Of a DNA stretch of 64,000 nucleotides, positions 55,888-64,000 are shown one piece after another. Source of the DNA: an uncultured Methanosarcinaceae archaeon (GTDB lineage: Archaea > Halobacteriota > Methanosarcinia > Methanosarcinales > Methanosarcinaceae); assembly GCA_963833425.1 (NCBI GenBank), contig CAWHXP010000015.1:1-64000 (forward strand), given 5' to 3'. Position numbers and translations under genes: made by a program. Each line of letters begins with the position of its first letter. Positions within the stretch are counted from its first letter, which is position 1. The notes beneath the pieces are model-generated. The model was not told where the DNA came from. It made no database searches and was given only the letters and a program-made list of their open reading frames with translations.

Positions 55888-56621
55888 GTAAGATGGTACT
55901 TAAAATATCCATTGAGCCATAGAAATTTAAAGGAAATGATGGCAGAAAGAGGAATAAAAGTCAACCATACAACAATCATAGGATAGGTACATCAATATTT
56001 CCCTGAAATAGAAAAGAAGATAAGAAGACATTTAAGGCTAACAAACTATTCGTGGAGAGTTGATGAAATCTATATCAAAGTAAAAGGTAAATGGGACTAT
56101 TTTTATCGAGCAGTTGACTCAAATGGAGATACAATTGATTTCATGTTAAGTTCAAAACGAAATAGAAAAGCAGCGAAGAGATTCTTTAAGAAAGCTTTAA
56201 GTTTTAATCATAATCAAATTCCAAGATTAATAACCGTTGATAAGAATCCAGCTTATCCACCTGCTAGAGATTAACTGAAAAATGAAAAGAAATTGTCTAA
56301 AAAAGTAGGCATTAGACAAGTCAAGTATTTGAATAACATTATAGAACAAGATCACAGATCTATAAAGAGAATCGTTAATCCAATGTTAGGATTTCAGTCT
56401 TTTCGATCTGCTAATAAGACTTTAAAAGGAATTGAAGCTATAAATATGATCAAAAAAGGACAAGTAAATGATCTAAATTACTCTGTTCTTAATGAAGTCA
56501 AATACATTAATCAATTGTTTGATATAGTTTTATAATGTTAGTACATTTTCCTTGAATATTTTGATTTTTATTAATCACTTATAGATTTACATGCTTATTT
56601 CGAAATTTTTGCAACGGAACC
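55888..56621 (+). mobile_element. 5'-truncated IS6, inverted near-twin of 53905-54758, same in-frame TAA
   Basis: Starts at VRWYLKYP codons; GCTAGAGATTAACTGAAA at ~56263-56280; right IR ends at 56621. Confidence 0.92.
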
Positions 56622-56652
56622 AAAAAAAGTATATTAAACTAAAATAGGTAAG

Positions 56653-56724
56653 AGTCGCCGGAGGGACTCGAACCCTCGCCCTGCTGATTACGAATCAGCC
56701 GCTATACCACTAAGCCACGACGAC
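56653..56724 (-). tRNA. tRNA-Thr, anticodon CGU, no intron, CCA not encoded
   Basis: GTCGTCG TG GCTTAGTGGTATAGC G GCTGA TTCGTAA TCAGC AGGGC GAGGG TTCGAGT CCCTC CGGCGAC T folds into a cloverleaf. Confidence 0.95.
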
Positions 56725-56811
56725 ATATGGAGAAGAGAGAATCGGCAAGCTTAAAATAACAATTAAGAATTTAACTATTTCGCTCTGTAGAATCATTTTA
56801 TACTCATGACC

Positions 56812-57819
56812 TCAATTTATTTTGACTTCAATGCATATATTATACTGATGAGGAGCATAAGAACGGACCACTCTTTTATCCAGAATCTTTACGCATCTTC
56901 CTGTTCTCTCAGCTGCTACGCTTATGAGTTTAATATAGCCTTCGAAAAGATCATCTTCTGGAGCTATTCCGTAGTAATGTATAATTCCTCCAGGTTTTGT
57001 AAGGAGAATGGCAGAGTCAAGAAACTCGTGGGCACTGTGGGGGAGATTCATGATCACTTGGTCTGCAGTGCTTGCAAATTTTTTTGCTTCTTCCCTTGAA
57101 TCCCCTTCTATTGCTTCGATATTTTTCGCCGAATTGAGGGTTATATTTTCTTTCAGGTAGTACACGGCGTCAGGATTTTTATCAATCGCCATCACATTTA
57201 AAGGTTTTTTACTTTTTGCGAGAAGGATGCTGTAAGGGCCTACACCAGCAAACATGTCTATAACGATATCACCTTCCTGAATCCATGATAGAATTCTAGA
57301 GCGCTCGGTAGACAGGCGTGGAGTGAAATAAGCTTTTTCAAGGTCCACTTTGTAGCTACATCCGTATTCCCTATGTATGGTTTCTGTTTTTGGTTCGCCT
57401 GCTATAATTCCGAATTTCCGGAGCCTGAATTCCCCGATTACAGGGGTTAGGGGCTTGAGCACGGTTTTTATATTAGGTAGGGTCCGGATGAGAAAGTTTG
57501 CGATTCTTGAAGCTTTCTGATGATCAAGGTTTTCTTCCAGAAGGGCAATATCTCCTATGACTTCATATGAGGGGCTGAAATCCAAGAGGTCTTTAAGAAC
57601 AGGTTTTTTTTTCTGGAACTCAAAATAGAAATCAATAAGTTCCGTTTTTTCAGGAAGCCTTTTCAATTCACCAGTTGTAGGTTCTCTAAAAATGGGAATA
57701 TAAAGAAATGCCCCATCCCCGGCTATCTTTAGTGAATTATCAAGGATTTCAAGATCAAGTAGTATTTTCCTCACAGATTCTCCTTTTTTTTTGTGGATCT
57801 TTATGCAGTTCCGTTTCAT
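56812..57819 (-). CDS. trm5: tRNA (guanine37-N1)-methyltransferase, Trm5 family
   Basis: SYEVIGDIA, AYFTPRLSTER, DMFAGVGPY, IDKNPDA, VIMNLP; adjacent to a tRNA gene. Confidence 0.88.
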   Translation of the reverse strand: MKRNCIKIHKKKGESVRKILLDLEILDNSLKIAGDGAFLYIPIFREPTTGELKRLPEKTELIDFYFEFQKKKPVLKDLLDFSPSYEVIGDIALLEENLDHQKASRIANFLIRTLPNIKTVLKPLTPVIGEFRLRKFGIIAGEPKTETIHREYGCSYKVDLEKAYFTPRLSTERSRILSWIQEGDIVIDMFAGVGPYSILLAKSKKPLNVMAIDKNPDAVYYLKENITLNSAKNIEAIEGDSREEAKKFASTADQVIMNLPHSAHEFLDSAILLTKPGGIIHYYGIAPEDDLFEGYIKLISVAAERTGRCVKILDKRVVRSYAPHQYNICIEVKIN

Positions 57820-58385
57820 GAGAATTTACCTTCCGGAATTCTGAAGTTACCTTTTGTTATTAAGCTTTCAAATTATACATTTGAATTGAAAAACCAATAT
57901 ATTAAACTCTAAATTGTATAAAAAATAACTTTAAAAACCATATAATCCATTTTAATTGATCTTGGATCTCATGTGCGTAAGTCTTAAAGGTATTTCAGAT
58001 TTTGCTAATACTTCTTGCGAAAATATCAAACTATCTAAAATTATGTTAATTATTTCCCTAGTTTTTGAATACACTAGAAAGCTGAGAATTAATCAGGGTA
58101 TTTATGCTGAAAAACAAGTTTAGATTCCGAAAGAATGTGTCTACTCAGGATAGTATAATAGAATTAATATAATTAATAATGAAATGAAAACCGAGAACTA
58201 TTTTACATGCTCTGGACACATAACGAATTTGCAGGTTAATTTTTTGAGGAGTTAGGACTTCTAACTGCTGACTTGCCCGGCTACGGATGTAAGCTAGCTA
58301 AGATGTGCTGTCCAATTTCCGTGGATTGAAGGTACTGTGATAATAATTCATACTTCATATTCACATGCATAAGGGCAAAATCTCC

Positions 58386-59515
58386 AGATAATTTCTATAA
58401 GTTTCTATGAATCGAGTATTGGATAGTTAAAATATCTTAACAATAGTTTTTATTCATCCAAAATTTTACTGGTTTTGCTCTTAAAGAGGAATGTAAGCGT
58501 CTTCAACCCGTTGAAGATAAACTTGCTGAAATTGATTCTTAATAGATTGCAAATCTTTTCGTATCATTTTTGAGTCCATATAGTTTCACAAAACAGTTTT
58601 CTGAGGAAAACCCGAAACTGACGTAATCTTTAAGTCAAAATGCTTATTTTACTTCAATATTACGGATCTTTCAGACTCTGAATTTGGGAAACAGGGTATT
58701 GGTCGAATTTCTTTCAGGAAATTTCTCAATTTTTCTTAGTCATGCTAGACGGTTCCACGGTCTAATCATTCAGAAAAGAATTATTGATAACTGAAATAAG
58801 AAGAAATATGACACCAGTTGAAAGTTAATCTAATTGTTTCGTTTTGGAAAAAGAAGACCATTCAGGATGCTACTTTTGTCCATTCAGATCCAGGACATAC
58901 AAAAGCAGAGAGATGAGGCAAAAACAAGGGGAAGCAGATATGGAACCTTGATTAAAAAAGGGTGATAAGTCGCACTTTGAATATAAACTTCATAGAATTA
59001 ATATATGGGGATTCTGAGCTGATCAAAAATTCAAAATAATGATTGTAGTACTTCATAATTCTCAGGTAAATTTATCAGAACAAAAAAGAAATGTTTGCAG
59101 GGAGAGAGGATACTTTGGAGCAAAACCAAAACTCATGATGCAACTATGAAAAGAGCAGTATGAGAACATCTATGGGAATTAGTGATATCTCAAGAAGCAA
59201 GAGAATAAGTTCAAAAAGATCTCAATAGTAATGAGTTTATACAGTAACTAAAAAGATATTCAAAGCAGGAAAATTTTTCTCACTACCGTTTGCAAATCTG
59301 AAGATTCTGTGTAAAGCTTTTGTTATAAATCTGTCTAATGAACCAGAAAAGAAAAAAATTGATTCAAATACTGAAATCAACGAGCAAAATTTTGATAGGG
59401 TTCGCGATAAGAAAAAAATTAGAGGTAAATCGGAATTCTATCCCGATTTTCACTAGCAACATACATATACAATTTAGAAATATTGACGAAATTTAGGAGT
59501 TAATCAAAATTTTCC
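58386..59515 (+). mobile_element. Heavily decayed full-length IS5 copy
   Basis: Eroded IRs; TGFALKEECKRL..DKLAEIDS and CAGGATGCTACTTTTGTCCATTCAGATCCAGGACAT segments match 4133-5266. Confidence 0.85.
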
Positions 59516-59706
59516 AAAAGAACATCTTTTGAAATTTCTATTAGTAACATCATTGATCAAATAGTTTGCAGAAATATTTTTAAAGTCTTTCTAAATATCC
59601 GCTGATGGATCAAAAAACAAAAGCAACTTTAAAAATAAGTATTTTCTACCCTGCAAATATAGAGACGAACCGAAACAGAGTTGGAGCAAGGGAAATAAGA
59701 AAAATT

Positions 59707-60720
59707 TTAGAGGATAATTTCAATATCTAGCTCCTCTGCAAGTTCTTTGTATCTATTCCTGATGGTGACTTCAGTAACTCCGGCAACGTCTGCGACTTCA
59801 CGCTGAGTCCTCCGTTCACCGCATAGTATGGATGCAATATATATTGCAGCCGCTGCAACTCCTGTAGGGCCTCTGCCGCTTGTCAGTTCTTTTTCTGAGG
59901 CCTGTCTCAGGATCTCAACGCTTTTGGACTGGACTTCTCCTTTCAGATTTAGGCCAGAACAGAACCTTGGGACATAATCGATAGGAGAAGTTGGCATGAG
60001 CTTTAATGCAAGTTCCCTGGAAATGAAGCGATAGGTTCTTCCGATTTCTTTTCTACTGACTCTGGACACTTCTTCAATCTCATCAAGAGTTCTTGGGACA
60101 CTGCACTGACGACAAGCAGCATAAAGAGCTGCTGCAGCCACACCCTCAATGCTTCGTCCCCGTATCAGATTTTTATCCACAGCTTTCCTGTAGACGACAG
60201 CTGCTGTTTCTCTTACAGTTCTAGGGAGTCCCAAAGCAGAAGCCATTCTGTCCAGTTCTGAAAGGGCAAAAGCTAGGTTTCTTTCAGTCGCGTTGCTTAC
60301 GCGGATTCTGCGCTGCCATTTTCTTAAACGATAGAGCTGAGCACGGTTTTTGGAGGAGATTGATTTTCCGTAGGAATCACGATTTCTCCAGTCTATCATT
60401 GTGGAAAGTCCTTTGTCATGGATTGTATAAGTCATAGGCGCGCCCACACGAGAGCGTTTCATCCGTTGATCGTGATCGAAAGCTCGCCATTCTGGTCCTT
60501 CATCCACAAAATCAGCATCTATGACAAGGCCGCAGTCGCCGCACACTAGCTCAGCTCGCTCATAGTCGTGAACAAGGTTCCTGCTGCCGCATTCTGGACA
60601 CAAGGCCTTTTCGTTCTCAAAACTTTGCTCCTTTTGCTTTTCTTTACGAGCTTTGATCATGGAACGTATTTTTTCTCTTTCAAGAGTGTCCGAATAGCGA
60701 ACTCTTTCGACTTCTACCAT
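59707..60720 (-). CDS. tfb: Transcription initiation factor IIB
   Basis: CPECG zinc ribbon, GPEWRAF B-reader, two cyclin repeats, [13 protein letters not shown]. Confidence 0.97.
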   Translation of the reverse strand: MVEVERVRYSDTLEREKIRSMIKARKEKQKEQSFENEKALCPECGSRNLVHDYERAELVCGDCGLVIDADFVDEGPEWRAFDHDQRMKRSRVGAPMTYTIHDKGLSTMIDWRNRDSYGKSISSKNRAQLYRLRKWQRRIRVSNATERNLAFALSELDRMASALGLPRTVRETAAVVYRKAVDKNLIRGRSIEGVAAAALYAACRQCSVPRTLDEIEEVSRVSRKEIGRTYRFISRELALKLMPTSPIDYVPRFCSGLNLKGEVQSKSVEILRQASEKELTSGRGPTGVAAAAIYIASILCGERRTQREVADVAGVTEVTIRNRYKELAEELDIEIIL

Positions 60721-60908
60721 ATCATATCACCTTACAAGTTAGCATGACATCTTTATGATTTTTCTGTAATTCAGAACCTGCACCAAACTAAATAATCTAT
60801 GTTAAAAAATAGGATAGGAAAACTCACGGATATTACTAGCAAAAAACATATATACCAGTTAGAGTTGAACCATGTCAATAGATTCATATATGTATCGAAT
60901 TAGAGTTC

Positions 60909-61169
60909 TCACCGAATATAGACCTTTTCATTGACCATAGTCCGAAACTCAGAATCAGGAATTCGTTTAAATCCCTTCACGAAAAAATAAGGTTGGTTTA
61001 TAGGTCCAAAGACACTGACAGTCGCACCAATCTGGTTCAGTGCCTTATCCACAACAATCGAATTCAATTTTGGAAGATTACCCGAGGTATTATCGGATTT
61101 GATCTCATCTCCTTTGACTATCAGATTTTTGACACCTGATCTTTGTAGCACTTTACCGAGTCGTCTCAT
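60909..61169 (-). CDS. gar1: H/ACA RNP subunit Gar1/Naf1
   Basis: MRRLGKVL...VVDKALNQIGATVSVFGPINQPYFFVK; gar1-tfb adjacency. Confidence 0.85.
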   Translation of the reverse strand: MRRLGKVLQRSGVKNLIVKGDEIKSDNTSGNLPKLNSIVVDKALNQIGATVSVFGPINQPYFFVKGFKRIPDSEFRTMVNEKVYIR

Positions 61170-61447
61170 ATCAACCATGAATAATTAATTGGATACTTCC
61201 AGCTCAGGGCAAAAATATCTTGGTTTTTAGCGGGTTAGATTTTCAGCTTTTTTAAGAAGATATATTGTAGACTGAAAAGCATATGTAGTCTATGCTTATA
61301 ATATATAAGGATATCGCAAGACCTATATTATACAAAACTTTGGGTAAAGCTCGAGCCAAAATGTAAAATAAATGGAATAATTAAACCATAGGCTTATATA
61401 TTTTATAAGTATCGTTGTCATTAATAAAACTAAGATTCTAACTATAT

Positions 61448-61608
61448 ACTAACTCCGATTACTGACATCTTTTCAGGAAGAATGGTCACTGTCTAAGTTC
61501 ATATTTTTTTGGAATGGGTGCAACGATAACTGATGGCAAAGTTGCATGAAAAATTTACTTAAATTAAGGATGCAAACCTTGTCGAGAGGCAAATCTCGGA
61601 GTCCCCGT
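61448..61608 (+). pseudogene. Degenerate duplicate of the ppdK leader and first ~40 codons
   Basis: Aligns with 62308-62467 from ACTAACTCCGATTACTGAC to GGCAAATCTCGGAGTCCCCGT. Confidence 0.85.
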
Positions 61609-62348
61609 ACTGCTATAACTTTATATATAAATTGAATTGTGCGTATCAATCAGCTGATTAGATATTTAATTTTCAGAAAAAGCGATTTAGAGCATATTTC
61701 TGAATTATTTTAATCAGTTGAGATATTTACGATAGCAAGTGATCTAGTCAAAACTTGCTGGCCTATATAGAGAGATAGCGGAACTAAGTTAAGAGATTTA
61801 ATTTTGATTAAATTATTAAAATTACTTGCCCCCTCTTTAGTAAGGACATTTAAGTTCAGTACTTCTATACGTGTTTTTTGATGTAAAACCTATCCATAAG
61901 TAAAAACAATAAATCCAATTTTTTGTGGTGAAGAAAAAAAAATTATGTGGTCAATCAAGATTTACTGAAATTTCTGTAAACTGCTTCTAAGCATCCTGAT
62001 TTAATTTTCTGAGAAGTTGTATAGCATTCAGTTGTATAGCATTCATTACTTGTTCCTCTTTTTTATGTTGGATTGTTTTATCTCAAGTAAGAGCTGCTAT
62101 TATATGGTCTGTAAATTTCCCTCCTAGATCTTCATATGATTATTTTGTATGTACTGTGTATCTAAAGACAAAAGGAAGTATAAATAAACAAGTAGAAAGG
62201 TACATAGTCGTATAGGAGTAATTATATATCATGATGTAACACGAAAAGAGGAAAAGTTAAATATATGGATCGGAAATCAGGTATGAGTGTTTTATTTCCA
62301 GTAATACACTAACTCCGATTACTGACCTCGTTCCAGGGAGGATAGTCA

Positions 62349-64000
62349 TTGTCTAAGTTTGTATATTTTTTTGGAAAAGATGTAACTGATGGCAAAAGTA
62401 GCATGAAAGATCTACTCGGAGGTAAGGGTGCAAACCTTGCCGAGATGGCAAATCTCGGAGTCCCCGTGCCTCCTGGATTTACAATCACAACTGAAGTATG
62501 TGTACTCTATCTGAAAAATAAAAACTATCCAAAAGAAGTAATCCAACAGATAGAAGGGGCTATCGACAAACTTGAGGCCTTAAACAACAAAAAATTAGGA
62601 GATACAGATGATCCATTGCTTGTCTCAGTGCGGTCTGGAGCCAGGGTATCCATGCCGGGGATGATGGATACAGTACTTAACCTTGGGCTCACAGACAATT
62701 CTGTGATTGAGCTTGCAAATAAGGTCAGTGATGAAAGGTTTGCTTACGATTGCTATCGCAGATTTATTTCTATGTTCGGGGATGTAGTGCTCGGAATTGA
62801 ATTTAAAAAGTTTGATTCCCTTATTGATGGTAAAAAAAAGGAACTGAGAGTCGAGTCAGATACAGATCTTGATGCAGAATCGTTGAAAGAACTAGCTAAT
62901 AGTTTTAAGGATGTAATCAAACTCGAAAAGGGATTTGAATTCCCCCAGGATCCGAAAGTTCAGCTATATATGGCAATTGATGCTGTTTTTGAATCTTGGA
63001 ATAATCCGAGAGCCATTACTTACAGGAAACTTAATGGAATTGATGATAGCTGGGGAACTGCCGTCAATGTACAGACGATGGTTTATGGGAACAGAGGGAG
63101 TAATTCTGGCACAGGAGTTGCTTTTACAAGGAACCCATCAACAGGGGAGAAAAAGTTTTTCGGAGAATACTTAATAAATGCACAGGGCGAAGATGTGGTC
63201 GCAGGCATTCGGACTCCGGATTTTATTGATACCCTTGAAGATAAAATTCCAGAGGCCTACAAACAACTTGTGGATATCTGTCATACGCTTGAAGCCCACT
63301 TCCAAGATATGCAGGACTTAGAGTTTACCATTCAAGAAGGAAAACTTTATATGTTGCAGACCCGCACAGGGAAACGTACAGCTGCTGCAGCCATGAAAAT
63401 TGCAACGGATATGGTTGCAGAAGGGCTTATAGATAAGGAAACTGCGATCACAAGAGTAAGAGCCGAACAAATAGACCTGCTCCTGCACCCAAGGATTGAT
63501 CCCAATGCAAAGTTAGAAGTAATTGCGAAGGGCCTCCCAGCATCTCCTGGAGCCGCTGTAGGAAAAGTTGTGTTTACTGCTGAAGCCGCAGAGGCAATGG
63601 CCGAATTAGGGGAGAAAACAATCCTCGTACGAACCGAAACCTCCCCTGAAGATATAGGAGGAATGGCCGCAGCACAGGGTTTCCTTACAGTGCGTGGTGG
63701 GATGACTTCTCATGCAGCAGTTGTTGGAAGAGGCATGGGTAAACCATGTGTTGTGGGCTGTGGATCGATCTCAATTGACATAAAACACGGTCTTTTTGTG
63801 GCAAACGGTCACACTATAAGGGAACATGAATATATTACCATTGACGGGAGCTCCGGGAGTGTAATTATTGGGAAGGTAGAACTGATTGATGCCGAAATTA
63901 ATAAAGATTTGAAACAGGTTCTCTTATGGGCTGACGAAATCAGGACTCTCGGTATAAGAACAAATGCAGATAATCCGGCAGATGCAGGCCTTGCTCGCGA
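62349..64000 (+). CDS. ppdK: Pyruvate, phosphate dikinase (runs off the window; absent from the ORF track)
   Basis: TTG start after GGGAGG; SKFVYFFG...LLGGKGANLAEM...PVPPGFTITT, PLLVSVRSGA..SMPGMMDT, GGMTSHAAVV phospho-His motif. Confidence 0.96.
   Translation, partial: MSKFVYFFGKDVTDGKSSMKDLLGGKGANLAEMANLGVPVPPGFTITTEVCVLYLKNKNYPKEVIQQIEGAIDKLEALNNKKLGDTDDPLLVSVRSGARVSMPGMMDTVLNLGLTDNSVIELANKVSDERFAYDCYRRFISMFGDVVLGIEFKKFDSLIDGKKKELRVESDTDLDAESLKELANSFKDVIKLEKGFEFPQDPKVQLYMAIDAVFESWNNPRAITYRKLNGIDDSWGTAVNVQTMVYGNRGSNSGTGVAFTRNPSTGEKKFFGEYLINAQGEDVVAGIRTPDFIDTLEDKIPEAYKQLVDICHTLEAHFQDMQDLEFTIQEGKLYMLQTRTGKRTAAAAMKIATDMVAEGLIDKETAITRVRAEQIDLLLHPRIDPNAKLEVIAKGLPASPGAAVGKVVFTAEAAEAMAELGEKTILVRTETSPEDIGGMAAAQGFLTVRGGMTSHAAVVGRGMGKPCVVGCGSISIDIKHGLFVANGHTIREHEYITIDGSSGSVIIGKVELIDAEINKDLKQVLLWADEIRTLGIRTNADNPADAGLAR

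Noticed and set aside
62015..62045. 15-bp tandem duplication AGTTGTATAGCATTC
   Set aside because: Two copies only; most likely replication slippage.
62935..63174. 79-aa ORF in the track
   Set aside because: Alternate frame inside ppdK.

Overview
Archaeal chromosome segment, almost certainly Methanosarcina or a close Methanosarcinaceae relative, judged from AlaRS, TFB, Gar1, Trm5, SepCysS, Hps-RraA and PPDK. Intact housekeeping genes sit at both ends: alaS on the left; pscS, hxlA, recQ, tRNA-Thr(CGU), trm5, tfb, gar1 and ppdK on the right. Between them is a ~40 kb AT-rich accessory zone with IS5 and IS6 copies and their MITEs, glycosyl- and methyltransferases, a hicAB pair and many broken secreted or surface-protein genes. 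Main observations: (1) a GC-richer, alphaproteobacterial-type bioF-bioD-bioA operon whose upstream bioB survives only as a C-terminal tail fused in frame to the N-terminus of a kaiC-like gene; (2) a dispersed ~150-200 bp element with a variable array of 9-bp units, present four times and always co-oriented with the next gene; (3) a paralogous family of secreted Gly/His/Tyr/Trp-rich low-complexity proteins, one with GHGHY/GHGLY motifs; (4) several genes whose likely N-termini and Shine-Dalgarno sites point to ACG/ATA/ATT/CTG initiation; (5) a HicA with its GSH histidine changed to Pro, three IS6 copies sharing one nonsense codon, and a degenerate duplicate of the ppdK leader. All calls were made by eye without database searches. 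Coordinates of degenerate elements are approximate.
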